NCBI RefSeq assembly: GCF_000485595.1
Contig: NW_014577088.1
Location: forward strand, 514,988 to 577,814
DNA length: 62,827 nucleotides
From: Priapulus caudatus
Taxonomy: Eukaryota
Reading direction: 5' to 3'
A program made the translations under genes and the position numbers. Under the pieces are notes generated by a model. The model was given only the letters and a program-made list of their open reading frames with translations, ran no database searches and was not told the DNA's origin. This document shows positions 14,568 to 28,746 of the stretch, piece by piece; position 1 is the stretch's first letter, and every line of letters starts with the position of its first letter.

Positions 14568-17500
14568 CATCCTCATCATTATCATATCAATATTATTGTC
14601 GTAAACACAAAATTAATATTATTGATATAAAGTGAAAAATAAATCGTAAGTAGATATAGTATTTTATAGAATGAATCAACGGTAAATGTTTATGTGAAAA
14701 ATAGCAATAATTATCAAGTTAGGTATAATAGTAATTACTCTTGTGAGATGCAGAAATGGTAAAGGCGTCTGTAAGACGTAGCAGCCGTGAAGGTGCTATA
14801 AGATGCTGCTGCATGCAGTACGGTAAAACATTTTATAATATATGCATCAGTAGTAACGGATCTCCGCACGATATCGAGTTCATCTGGATTTGTACTGTAT
14901 GCCCGCTGTGCGACGCATGGTGCGAAATGCAACAACGACGAGTGTTGTTGGAGAATGTATAGTGATATAGTCGGTGAAAAAACACTGATGCGGGGAACGG
15001 CATTATACATGATTAATACGCGCGCACTATTTAATCACTGCCCATGTTTGAATCAAGCGAGTACCTAGGCATGCGTACGCACATGCTGCGGGCATTAATT
15101 ATGTTGGCCGCAGGTATTTGCTATAATGGTCAGGTATTGATCGTATGTAATGATTTCGCCAGCGACTTCGACAACTCCAGAACTTCAATACTCTGATGGC
15201 GGTAGTAGGAGGCTTGAGTCACAGCGCCCTGGCCCGTCTCACCCGTACTCACGCGTGTGTGCCTATGGAGGCAAAAAAGGTGAAACCCTAACGCAGCTAT
15301 AGTACACGGTAACGGGTTAAAAACTGCAGCGCGATATATTAGGTGTGTTTAATAGTATGCGATTGCCACCATATTCATTTGTACTCGCGAATGTGTCAGT
15401 ATTATATTTGACTGGAAAGTCTCACCAGCTGTAATCTACACAGGTCACTGTTTGGCTGCGATTTCTCCACCTATTCTGAGCTGGCCATTGATCTGCGAGG
15501 CTCTGAGCGCGCATGCGCAATAAAGGCCGTGGCCAGCTGTACACTGGCATCTCTGGTCATCCGTTATTTACGCGCTGTTTCAGTTACTGGTTGACTATAC
15601 GGAGCTGCTATCCTCTGCCTCAAACTTCAGTAACTACAGGCGAGCGTTAAGCGAGAGCAAGGGCTTCAAAATACCTATCCTGTAAGTAGGAAACTTACAG
15701 TAGGCAGAAGAAATACTGTTTCGCTTGCCGCGTCAGCGTCTAGCCGTTGCATCTGTGCAGACAAAATCACATGCCCCCATAGCGCTGCGGCTGTCAATCA
15801 GATCAATAATGCAGACGTTACCTAAAGCTCGCGGGCGATGCTTGCCGTACGCCTTCACACACGAATGTGTGTTTAATAGATGACGTTCAAACTAGAAAAG
15901 TTGAGCACAACGATGGCTATTATACTTATTTTATTTTATCAAAAAGAATCATTATTAAAAATGAATAACTCCCAAATCATAAAAATTGGTCCATTTATAA
16001 AGCCTCTATTTGCTATAACACTCGCCATGAAAGTCCACGTTGTTGGATTCTCGTATATTCGTTGTCTATTAATTGTAACCATACATTTAACATTATTGGT
16101 TATTAAATAGATCATAGAAACGGTTGACGGCGCTCTTATCAGACGGTTACAGCCCTTTAGACCGAAGGTCTGATAGACCGAAGGCCCGATAGACCGAAGG
16201 TTTATTCGAATACGCAGTGGTTACACACGTCCGGAATTGGTCGCCTAGCCTCCAGGCTACGCATCCGGACATCCACTGATGCCGTATTCGAACGTGAATA
16301 TGCCGCACATCCACCCATGCCACTATAAATCATATGATGCCACTATAAACCATATATATGCCCCAACCCTAACCCCAACCCTAACCATAACCCTAACTCT
16401 AACCCTAATCCTTGCAATACTCGATCTATCGGACCTTCGGTCTATAGGGCTGACCCCTATCAGGTTCACAGTAAACGTTATTCTCTGTGAAATAGATTCG
16501 GATTTACTCTCTAAGGATTCGTTATAATGAACGCCGTCTCTGCTATTAACAGGGGTGTCCATCTAAAGGACCTGATTTCCTTACACACGGCGCTACCAGA
16601 CAGGATAGAGGGCGCCCTGATCAACTTCAGGAAAATCACGCAGATGTACGGAATATTCAGCGAACTCATGCAGCTTCAGGATCAGCAGCAGTTCCCAGTG
16701 GCCACGAACATTGATCTCATCAACACTCTGCGTGTAAGTGCGCTTCTCTATCCTCCCGAGCACATACACAGCGCATGCGCGTAGTAGCCGTGTTCACGGG
16801 TGGCGTGTAGACGCGTGCAGTCGGTACAGGCGAATTACATACACGCCCCTGCTGCGTTAAAGTGTTGCTTAGGAGATCTGCTGCCATGTGAGCAAACGCG
16901 AATGCAATTAACTGGAGTAGCCTAATAAGGCAATCATTGCATAGCGGGAAGGCGCGTGGCGCGTGTACAGGTGGGGAATAATATCAAGAGCATGTAAAGA
17001 AGGTATCTTCTTTATACGCTCTTGATAATATTACTGATGCTGCTGCTGCTCGGCTGTCGGTATATGCGTACGCGTGCATACCGGTAACGTGGGCATTCTG
17101 CTGACGCATTTGCATTTCACAGTATGTTTGATTTCAGTATATAAGAGCGAGGTTGTTTCCTTTGCAGCTGTCTCTCGATCTTCACTACACAGAGGATGAA
17201 ATATACGAACTGTCTCTCGCGAGAGAACCCAAAACGTCTGTCTCGTCCGTAAGTTTCCCCATCTTTATCGGCTGTTCTTTCGTTCGAATTTTTCCTTTTT
17301 TCGTTTTTGTTTTTTCGCACTTGCTCACGCCCACCCACACATAAACGCACGCACGCACGCACGTACGCACGCAGGCACGCACGCACGCACACACGCACGC
17401 ACGCACTCTCTCTTTCTCTTTCTCGCTGTCTGTCTCTCTGTCTGTGTGTGTGTGTGTGTGTGTGTCTCTCTCTCTCTCTCTCCACATGCACGCACGTACA

Positions 17501-18671
17501 CATTCTCTCTTCTCAATCCATAAATACGTGAGTATAAAATGTAGTAGTTCGGTTTTCAATCACTTACCACCAAGAGTACATAACGTGAGTGAATGTAACT
17601 GTAAAACTGCATTCCCCCCACGTTTCTACGCTGCACATAAATGGGAAAATACTACCTTAACTAGCACTGCCTGCCTAGCACTATGCACGTGAGACAGCGA
17701 TAAGCACAATGACGATTAGCACAATGACAGCTAGCCAGTCTATGCGTCGAGTCCTTGACGCTGCATTGATTCGAAGACACAGATTCAGAAGCTCACGTAG
17801 CCTTATTTACATTGACAACGACAGCTAGACCAACAGGCGAAACTGTTGCTAACTGGTAAATTACACGGATTTGTATCACGACATGAAGTTACTGTCTATT
17901 TCAACGCGTGCCCTGTTTGCTTGTCGTTGTCACAGCCCTGCCAGCCGCTACGACCACCAGTGTTCTCTGACTGGGCTGCCGGGGTTGTCACTCAGCCAGA
18001 CGCGGCAACCATCAACAAGCACGTCAACGCTATGGTCGACGTAAGTACTGGCATGCAGTGGCGTAGTTAGGGAAAGGGGGCCATGGCCCCCCTGTTGATC
18101 CAAAAGTTAAAAAAAAAGATAAAAAGAAGATTTGTTTTACTAAAAAGATAATTGTCGTAGTCAGAATGAAGGCTGTACATGTACTCAAAAGTGTCTCAAA
18201 TACCATTTTCTGCGATGCGGGAGGGCCCCCATAACCCCACCTGTGTTTCACCCCCCTCCTCGTAATCCTGGACCCACCACTGAACAATTACATATCCAAT
18301 GAGCAGAGAACAACGAACACAAATGTTGCCTTTTTACATGGCGCCCAAAACAAAGATTGTAGAGTTGAGAGGCGGGGGAGCATAGGGTGTGGAGAGGGAA
18401 GCAGACTAACCATTAAAATATTAAGTCATCCACTATTTTGCGCAGTTTGCTGTTTTTGGACCCCCTGTTAAAAAATCCTGGCTTTGCCACTGCTGGCATG
18501 CAGCCCATATAAGCTCTTGCAGTTGCCGCAGAGGGTTCGGTTGGCTCAGTCTCTCCTTTCAGCATACACGCGTGAGCGTATGTGTCGGTGTCTGGTCCCT
18601 GCAAGTCGATTTCCCAATTTACCCCCATAACTCCGTTACCACTGGGCTTATGTAATACACACACTAACACA

Positions 18672-18722
<51 letters not shown>

Positions 18723-18792
18723 GCACGTACGCACGCGCGCGCTCACACACACACATACACACACGCACATGCACACGCACACACACACACAC

Positions 18793-18831
<39 letters not shown>

Positions 18832-19016
18832 CCACACGTGCGCGCACACACACACACACGCACGTACGCACGCACGCGCACACAGACAGACAGAGACAGA
18901 ACAGCACACACACACACACACACACAACACACATAACACACACGCACATGCAACACGCACACACACGCACACGCGCGCACACACACACACACACGCACGT
19001 ACGCACGCACGCGCAC

Positions 19017-19047
<31 letters not shown>

Positions 19048-19630
19048 CACACACACACACACAGACAGAGACACGCACATGCACACTCACACACACACGC
19101 ACACGCGCGCGCGCGCACACACACACATACGCACGTACGCACGCACGCGCACACAGACAGACAGACAGACAGACACAGACACACACACACACACGCACAC
19201 GCACACACACGTACACGCACACACACACACATATATATTGGGTGTAAGAACTCAACGTTTTGAACAACTGTACAACGTTGTTACTTCAGGCCGTGTTCAA
19301 GCACTACGACCATGACAGGGATGGCTTCATCTCACAGACTGAGTTCGACCAGATAGCCAGCAACTTTCCTTTCATAGATTCCTTCTGCGTGTTGGATGCT
19401 GACCAGTAAGAACTGTCGCCAGGCCACTCACACCATCACGCATCTGAGATGACCACCATCGTGGCATAAATATGATCGTGATCATAGAAACGTTCTTAAA
19501 TGCCATTTATTATAATGGCCGAATAATATCGATAGCATTAGTGTGGACAGAAGCAGTGCACTAGACATTTGATGAAATTTTTTATCGATATAAGTGATGC
19601 TATTAGCTTTGGATGATGAATAGATCATGG

Positions 19631-19667
<37 letters not shown>

Positions 19668-22600
19668 AATGAGGTGGAGGAGGAACAGGAGGAAGAGGAG
19701 GAGGAGGAGGAGAAGGAGGAGATGTACGTGTGTGCGTGCGTGCGTGCGTGTGTGCGTACATGCACGTGTGCTACTATGCATAGTTATGGTATGTATACTT
19801 CTACAGAGACGGCATGATCAGCAAGGCAGAAATGAAGAAGTACTTTATCAGAGCTAACTGCCACGTCGCCCTGCGCAGCGGCTTCAAGCACGAATTCCAC
19901 GAAACCACCTACTTCAAGCCGACCTACTGTGTGCACTGCACCGGACTGGTACAGACAGTTAAACTGATCTATCGTCGCATCAATAACGCAACAGCAAATA
20001 GTGCACAGCAGCTATTGCAGAATATTATATTCATTTACTACATCATTATATGCAGATTATGCTATTATCAGAGCAGTCAAAGCTATGCACGATATATTGG
20101 CTAACGGTGTGCAGTGTATACGAGCCACGTAATATACACGTATTCCGCAGTGATGATGATTTAACTACGTTCATCAATTTCTTGATCGTGAGATAGTAAT
20201 AAGTATGATTCACATACCTTCGCAACATGATCCATCTATATGCAGACTTTGCAGGGTGTCCTAGTAGTGCGTTCGTTTTATGTGTGCAGTTGTGGGGCCT
20301 CATCAAGCAGGGTTACAAGTGCCGCGAGTGCGGAGCAAGCGCCCACAAACATTGCAAGGACAGCCTAGTGATGGAGTGTAGGAGACAGCTAAACTCCTCT
20401 CCTGGCCTCTCTCACCGTTCCAGCTCCTTCTCAAGTGCAGGTGCGTTCGAGGAGAAGACTCTCATTTCTCTCCCACTGACAGCTCTCTTCTGAGTACAGA
20501 TGTGTGCTCCTGATACCTCCCGGCGTCTCTAATAAATCGTGCTTCAGTGCTGTGTGCATGCACCGATCTTACACTCGGCTATAATACAGCAATCGTATGG
20601 TGCCCGCCGTACGTTAATGTCAGTAAATGCATTCACGTTCACATGTAGAGCGTTGATATCGGGTAAGCATCACACCGGCTCCTCAAATGCCCTTTCTTCT
20701 GCAGATCTGTCAGTGGCCGCCAAGCGGCAAATGAATCGCAGGCAGAAGCGGCGAAACGCGTCGACCATCAGTCAGCGTGGCACGCAGACCGACAAGGAGA
20801 AAGGCCCCGCCATCGCTGCACCATGCAACTGCGGCTCTCAGAGCGTGCCAACGGAGCGGCGCGTGCGATTCCGCTCCAAGTCGGAGTGCGGGCCCGACGA
20901 GGACGATAATAGCGACAGCGACAGCGACAAAGAGCTGCAGGCCCGGCTGTTAGTGAAACGAGAGGGGACGGCGACGAGCAACGACAGTCTCTGCTCACAG
21001 GAGGGCGTCTGCTCGGAGTTGCAAGAGGATCAGTACACGGAGGAGGGTGGCCAGTGCAGCCGGAGTCGTGACAGCAGGGTGAACGAGAGCAGCAGCAGCA
21101 GCACTGAGACGCTGAAGGAAGGGTTGAAAGTGGGCGAGGACAATGTGTTCTGTGTAAGTCTACCGTGCGCGCGGCATCAAATACTCTTTTGTAGATTAGT
21201 GCCTTTAACCTGTCGGTTGTATTTCTAAAGTCAAGGCTGAAGAACCAACGTTTGCTATATTATAACCCGAACAACGAATTTATTCCCCTGCAGTCCAGGC
21301 TGCCACGTTGTAGTTTTCCAGTGGCTTTCGGGAAGTACTTGGCACCACCTATTGGGCCCGTTATGGCACATGTTACAATAATCTCACACCTCCCCACCAG
21401 CTACCCAGCTATCTCACCTTCAATTTGGCACAGTAGCAACCTTTAGGTTTGTGTTCTGTCTCACTGTCCTTCCATCGAAAAGCACTAAAATCTTATTCTT
21501 AACCTTCTCTTCTGACGGACCACTTTCTTAGACCTTCAATAACAGATTTCCAGGTAGGGTTGCTCCACAACCTTTGCTTCACCTGAGACTGAAACATAGG
21601 GATAAGCTTATCTCGTAGGACAAGCTAACAGGCCAATTATGATTATAATTATAATTCTCGTGCAGGATACGCAACAGCGTGGAACGCCTGCGTACGAACA
21701 GCATAGCGAGAACCACAAAGACGGTGACGTCTGTAGACCTAGCAGTGACCACGAGAGCGCCCTGTGTTACGGTGACGACAGCCACGATGCACTTTTGCAA
21801 CGACTGGCTGAGGTTGAGGAGGTATATACATGGTACATGTTCCTTTGTGTTTTTTCTTTTTTCTTTATAGTTATATTATGTTCGCAGCTGTTGGCATATT
21901 GGGTGCAAGTCTGTTGCATCCCAGCATGTATGGTTGGCCGAGAATGTGATACGAATAGGGATGCCATACTGTCTCTGCCTCTCGTAATCGAATGCATCGA
22001 CAGATTGTACATGCAGTACACGTTATGTCTTATATTGTGGTATATTCATGTAGCCAATTGTTGGCACAGGGGTAGTTTAGTTTCATCGTGCTAACTGACA
22101 ACTATGGAGACAAAGCATGAAGTAAGGTGTTGTAAACTCGAGCACGCGCGTATGTGTGCATGCGTGCGTGGGTGCGACGGACGCGTGTTAAACGACCGGT
22201 ATAAAACGGTTATACGTACCTAGAACTTGACAGAAACATGCCTGCAAATTCGCCCATGCTGAAAAGCTGACGTTGGGGATGACGTGGCAAGTGACGAAAG
22301 TGGCTAAAAGGATGCTAAGATGAAAGTATTCTCGTGCAGCGCATTATTCTACGATGACATGCACCCACCTTTGCTTGTAAACTACACGAAGTTATAGTAC
22401 AATGTAACTCGTAGGTTTGTAATGCAATCATGAGTATACAATACAACCCGTGTTTATGTAATTTAACCACGGTTACTCAATGCAGCCAAAACTGCTTACG
22501 CGTGATACAACATGCATTTGGGAGGTATTTGCTCCAACTCATGACTCATCTGATGTGCAACCTATAATTTTGCAACATACAACACATAGCTACAATATAC

Positions 22601-23272
22601 AATATACAATATACAACACATAACATATATAATTTTGCAACATACAATACATAGCTACAATATACAATATACAACACATAACATATATACAACACATAAC
22701 ATATATACAACACATAACATATATACAACACATATATATAACATATATGACTGTACTTGCGACTGAATACGTAACTTGTATGTTGTGTACCATGGTAGGT
22801 CATGGAGAGGGGCATGGGGGGCAGGGGGAGGTTATGGTTGGGCAAGATAGCCCATAACAATGTGACAACACCATGTAAATGACATCATTAACTAGCAACT
22901 GCGTGATGCATCCAATGGTTGCCAAATGCAACACATGTGCTCCTTTATTGCGCGATGCTGCGTGTTGTTGCACATTGTTGCGGGGTTGTATGACTGTGTG
23001 ATGCGCAACCGACAGCTGCTTGACACAACATTGTGCGATGACAGCGGGGCGCCGTGAAACCAAAGTTCTTACTTGGTGTCTATTTTTTTCTGTCCCAGCA
23101 GCATCGTGCCAAGCTGTGTGGAGAGAACAGCACGCTCAGAGCTCAGCTGAGCGCTGCTAATGAAGAAGTGCACAGTCTGCGCGAACACATCGGGACAATT
23201 CGCGAGCACACGGTCACCTTCATTCTCAACCAGATGGACATATTCCATATGCAGAAGGATACTCAGGTGTGA
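6741..23272 (+). CDS. RASGRP: RAS guanyl-releasing protein (REM, CDC25 RasGEF, EF-hands, C1 domain, C-terminal coiled coil), ~882 aa, 17 exons
   Basis: Manually spliced exons with GT-AG introns and consistent phases: 6741-6783, 8578-8739, 12252-12468, 13110-13241, 13637-13787, 14129-14302, 15163-15279, 15584-15681, 16553-16733, 17168-17248, 17936-18040, 19290-19405, 19807-19948, 20290-20440, 20705-21153, 21666-21821, 23099-23272. They total 2649 nt (divisible by 3). Motifs: REM ([24 protein letters not shown]), CDC25 ([33 protein letters not shown]), [24 protein letters not shown]-hand ([14 protein letters not shown]) and C1 ([42 protein letters not shown]). Exon 1 and exons 15-16 are less certain. 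Confidence 0.93.
7640..8430. repeat. Compound CAG/CAA/TAG trinucleotide tract in RASGRP intron 1
   Basis: Visible runs of (CAG)n, (CAA)n and (TAG)n. Confidence 0.95.
9256..9779. mobile_element. MITE with one left TIR and three tandem 140-bp right ends
   Basis: TATGGCAGGCGAGGTGGGACACAAATGGTA at ~9256; its reverse complement occurs at ~9470, 9610 and 9750 (period 140). Confidence 0.8.
11250..12200. repeat. ~21-bp minisatellite with two alternating variants
   Basis: Units CATTGCCATCGCCACAATTGAT and CATTGCCATCACCACTACTAAC; homogeneous from ~11700 and degenerate on the left. Confidence 0.92.
16144..16458. mobile_element. MITE with TIRs and an internal (CCCTAA)-like tract
   Basis: CAGCCCTTTAGACCGAAGGTCTGATAG is mirrored by CTATCGGACCTTCGGTCTATAGGGCTG; there is an internal TAACCC array. 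Confidence 0.7.
18056..18492. mobile_element. hAT-type MITE in RASGRP intron 11
   Basis: CAGTGGC...GCCACTG termini and perfect 8-bp TSD CTGGCATG. Confidence 0.82.
18655..19230. repeat. CA/CAGA/CACG compound microsatellite
   Basis: Visible dinucleotide and tetranucleotide runs. Confidence 0.95.
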
Positions 23273-23364
23273 GTGAGCCGGGAAGAAGCTTCCTGCCTAG
23301 CATACATCTCATCTCGATTGACTATCCCCCTTGCCCAAAACACGTCTCTGACTTGTAGACCTCC

Positions 23365-24045
23365 TAGGCCAGCCTGCTCAGTATATGTCCCAGTCTCCTT
23401 GGCCAGCCTGTCGAGTCAGCATATGCACCAGTCTCCATGGCTAGCTTGCCCAGTATATGACCAGTCTCATTGGCTATCCTGTCCAGTCAGTATATGCACC
23501 AGTCTCCATGGCTAGCCTGCCCAGTATAGCAGATAAGGTCTATGTCTCCCTGGGTACTGCCGGAACGTACCCTGGGTACGGTCCGGTATACCGGAACGTA
23601 CCCTGGTAACTATCTGATATGGTTAGGGTTAGGTGTAGGGTTAGGGAGTAGGCGTAGGCGACTCCCTAGACTCGTTAGTGTAGTAGGCGAGTTACGGTCC
23701 GGCATATTAGATAGTTACCAGAGTACGTTCCGGTATACCGGACCATATCCAGGGTACGTTCCGGCAGTACCCAGGGAGACATAGACCCTATCAGACTGTC
23801 CAGTATATGCCCCAGTCTCCATGGCTAGCCTGCCCAGTATATGCCCCAGTCTCCTTGGCCAGACTGTCTAGTATAGGCCCCAGTCTCCATGGCTAGCAAG
23901 CCTGTCCAGTATATGCCCCAGTCTCCTTGGTCAGCCTCCCCAGTATATGCCCCAGTCTCCTTGGCCAGACTGTCCAGTATATGCCCCAGTCTCCATGGCT
24001 AGCCTGCCCAGTATATGCCCCAGCCAGTCTCCATGGCTAACCTGC
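23365..24045. repeat. ~32-bp minisatellite downstream of the RASGRP stop, interrupted by a MITE
   Basis: Repeated CCAGTATATGCCCCAGTCTCCATGGCTAGCCTG-like units. Confidence 0.85.
23536..23788. mobile_element. Foldback MITE with ~80-bp TIRs and an internal GGTTAG-like tract
   Basis: GGTCTATGTCTCCCTGGGTACTGCCGGAACGTACC... is mirrored at the right end and flanked by TA. A degraded copy lies at ~45748-46045. Confidence 0.8.
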
Positions 24046-27000
24046 AGGGGCGTAGCTACGAGGGGGGCCTGGGGGAAAATTTTCTGTGCCCCCCCAGGTG
24101 CCCCCCCACTGAAAATTCATGCTTGATAAAAAAAAATTGAATTAAAAACAATGCCGTTAGAACAGTATAATACAAAGAAAAGTTATATATTGTGCCCCCC
24201 CAACAAAAATGTAAGGCCCTCCAGTGCCTCCCGATGAAAAAATGCCCCTTATGCACCAGTCTCCTTGGCCAGCCTACCCAGCACATTCCTCGGCCTGCTT
24301 GGGCTGTCTGACCAGTATATTTCTCCAGCCCTGAAAACACTGGTTAGCCTCCAAGCCCACTTCTCTTTCATTTTCCAGCTTCACACTTATATAAAGCTTC
24401 ACAATTACCAAGCATAGCCTCTATTTACATAGAGTTACAAAATGTAGTTATCTATATAATGAATGCTGTCTACATAGAGTTATATTATATTCATATTTAG
24501 TTATCTACATTGAATTCTTACTTGGTATATCTATATAATGAATGCTGTCTACATAGAGTTATATTATATTCATATTTAGTTATCTACATTGAATTCTTAC
24601 TTGGTTCTCTGCCTTTTCCTTCTACTCCAACTACACTTTTAGTGCCATGTCTTTTTTCCTGCCTAGTACACCCTAACACTTTGAGTGCATTTATCGTTCT
24701 ATTATACTCCCTGTCTAGCTTGCTGTGAACAGTATTACTGCACTACCTCCCTACCATCTATGCCATCTATCCACTCCCCTACCATATAATCGTTATACCG
24801 TTATAATACTTTGTTTTCCTTCTGTTATCCCTGCCTAGTCCCCCTAACGTTTAGTATCTTGCTTCCCTGCCACCTTCCCCGATACTTTTTCTACCCTTCT
24901 TCTACCTACTGATGCCTATCCCAGAGATGAGAATGGCTTTCAAAGGCAATTGCTCGCCGATTTGGAGAATTACAACTATGCGCGCTCCTCGTGAATGTCA
25001 TGACGTGGTGTTTACTCATGAATATAAGATGTGCGATGAACTCTTTAATTTGGTGCAACGTTTATTGTGCAGTACACTGTGATGGCACATGTAGACACTA
25101 TTTGATGCATTAATTAACAGTGAAACGCTTTTGCATATCACCTCGTATCTATAAAGGTTTGACTGTTTGCCACTAGAGGGTGCTGTAGTTTCACATCGAT
25201 AAGCCATCAGTCATCTACCATAGTAGGATGGATTGTTGAGTAGAGTTATTAAACGGTATGATGTAACGCAGTGAGAATCAAAGCAATGCTGATCATTGCT
25301 GCTATATCAACGAAGTATCTGTCCTCAAATATGTGATTATGTATCCGATGCAAGCTCTATCTCAGAAAATCCATCACTTACAGTATGTTAGATATAGTTG
25401 TACCGTACATAGATGTCACTCTAGTGTCCTCTGGGTCACTGGCCAATGCTATTGGAATGTACTAGCAATATTAATGAACTGGTGTGGCATTTCTGCATTT
25501 GATAGAAGGCTTAAAATGTGAGGTTTGTAGAATGAACTTCATAGAAATTCTTATCTAAATCGTCACTTCTCCCCAAATAATATCTCATATTTCACGATAT
25601 TTTACAGTGATGTGTTACCATATTGCATGTTTGTATGCACTATGTGAACTCACCTGAAAGAATTTATCACAGAACTAAACCAACTTTAGGGGTATTATCC
25701 ACTTTCAACTTTTGAAAATCTATAAAAACTGCAATTATGACCCTGAGAATGATGATTACAATCTGGAACAAATCACAACGCCGCTTCGCGCGGTAAAAGT
25801 ATGCAAGTCTGGCAAGTGTTTAGAACCAGTTGATTCGTTGTCATACCAACAAGTCGCAATTCGGCTCCCTACTCAGTTAGTTGTCACTTCTGAAAAAGCA
25901 TATAGTATGACCACTGTTCACTGTGTTTGTGTTAAGATTAAAGAAAAAAAAACAAATATTGCTTCCACAGAGCCCACCAATGTATCAACTGCTCGAGATG
26001 TCAATGCCTGTAATGGCCATAACTATATCACATGTTGATACGTGGGTTTCTGGCTTTGTTCAAACTTTAGTTGTTCCCATTCAGTTTCAGAGATCATTCT
26101 TCATATTAGTAAAGATAAATCTAGTAAGAAAAATACTATCATCCATGCAACCCATTGGTATGCTGCAGTCATCGTCTTTAAAAAATTCCAGATAAATGTG
26201 TCACTGCGTTGTTTTCACAATTGGTAACCCTGCCACATTTTTCAAAGTGTAGTGCTGCCAACTGACCTGTAAAAGCATGGTCGTGTGTTCTTTGATATAG
26301 CTTTATGTAAGCCAATGACTGATTGACATAAATCAACTAGGTAAACAGGAGATATATAGAAATCTTCTCGTTGAACGTATACTCGGCACCATGCCAGGAA
26401 TTTTTTTGCTTGGGATATATGTCCACATACTGCACAATTTCTCTATATATATATATATCATTTTGAAAGTTGGCCAGTATGACAGAGCTCAACTGCTGGA
26501 ATGATAACTGTGTGGACATTCTTCTATGTAATGACAAGTTCAACCCAGGAGTCAAACTGTTTTTATTCTCAACATCACTGTAATTGTGCTAGATACAGGT
26601 AACCCCCTACAGAACAGTCATATATAGTTTAATTTATATAGCTGTATCATATCTAGTTAGCCATAATATTAAATTCACCACCAGGTGGCACTTGCATACA
26701 CCTGATATTGTTACAAACAGCATAATATAAGTACATGCACAAATGAGTGGCAGTGTGATGAATGTAACTATACAATGCTTAGGGTTTTCTAACCCTGTTA
26801 TTTATGACTGATAAGTGCTGACGTGCATTGTGAAAAGCATGCAAGACATAATGTGCATGTTGACATTCAGAATGGTACATCCTCATTCCCAACCCAAAAC
26901 TCGTGTGTCCCACACCCTTGTAGACTTTATGTACGTACCCCAGTAGTGTAAACTGTAGCCAGACAGCTGCACCAGTCAGGGTACAAACATAAACAAGGGA

Positions 27001-27542
27001 AGTGCACCCCTTCCTTGTGGAGCTGTATTATGTACACATACTATACTAGGGGATGCAGACTAGTCAGGTATGTAGCCAAACAATTTCGAGGTGCAAAGGA
27101 GGATATCCCACCTTTAATTATATTCAAACGCTAGACTGCAGTGCTGGGAGAAATGTGGCTATATTATCAAGTCCATAATAAAAAATGTTCTATTATGGAC
27201 TCTTGATATTATTGATCATCACCGCAAGTAAATGCAGCTAGTAAAAACATTTAAATTAGTATTTGCAGTATAGCAATCAAATTCACGAGTGTAAGTCTTG
27301 CAAACGACCTCACAGACCTGACTGACCTCACCTTAAACTGCATGTGACCTCCCAAATATTTGCATCACCCACCTGCACCCATTAGTTTAAATATGATCAC
27401 CTACAAAGACTCGCACACCCTAGTATATATATATGTAATCAGGAGCCGTGTCAATTGGGTATAACAGGTTTATATACTACACCCTGTATAATTGTTTGTG
27501 TACATGTGAATTATGAGCTGCCACATTATATTCAATATATAT

Positions 27543-27584
<42 letters not shown>

Positions 27585-28746
27585 CTGTTAGTGTTAGTTT
27601 TAGTGCACACAATGTAGATAGTAGGCTACGATGCAGTGGGGAACTTCAAGCTCTGCATACTTGCTCTTGTATTTTTATATCACAACAAAGTGTTAAATAT
27701 TTGCTGTTTGTACAGTATAAAAGTATACATTGAAAACCTGTTAGCCAAAGTGTTATATAGAGTATATATAGTATGTACAACGTGTATACTATCTGTATAG
27801 GTATATGTATGCACAGACCCATATACATGTATATGTATGCATTCTATACAAGGGTATGTATACATTTATATACATACATCTCTGTATGTTTTACTAGAGG
27901 ATACTGCTGTCCATCAGGTCATGCAGGAGCAAGATGTGGTTGCTGATGGGCAGGTACTGTCTGTTACATGTACATAATCATTCTACTTGACACGTTTGTG
28001 CCGAGATGGAAGAACATAGTGATAACAAGAATGTATATAATACAGATGTACCTAATTGCTGGAATGTGTAACAACATACAGCAGTTTTTATTAAAAATAA
28101 AATGTACAGAAAAATGAAATTTATTTTACAATGTGTTTATAATTTGCATGCCTATTATTTTTTCTAGTATATAGTTGTCATTGTATAATGCCTTCACTCA
28201 TGTAAATTCACTTCAATTATGTAAATATATCAGCAACCACATTACCAAGGCTGCACATATTTTAGCTTCATTATCATATCAGTAGTAGCCATTATACGTG
28301 TATGCACTGTGTACACTGATGTTCACACTAAGTGAATAAAATTCTTAATATGCATGTTTCTGTGTGTGTGTGAAACCTAACCTTATTCTTGCACACAAGT
28401 GATATGACAAGTGCATACATAGATGTAACACTAGCAGATGGAAAATGATTAAATGGTAGATGCTGATACCCAATAAAGGAAGATTTTAATTCACATTTTA
28501 TTGACGTTTAAGGTTCTAAAAAGTAACAAAGATTAAAGAGCTTTTCCATAACTTTAGTTTCATTGATCAAATGTAGGTTGAAATCAGTAGTTATAGACGT
28601 GCCACTTGCAATGCACATCTAAGAAGGCAGTAGGTAGAGTGTGACAGCATAACAAGACGGCAACTGTGAATTAATGTAAATGGCAAGGTGCAACTTTATA
28701 TGTAATGTGAAATTTGAACACTAAAACAGCAATCAATGAGACACCT

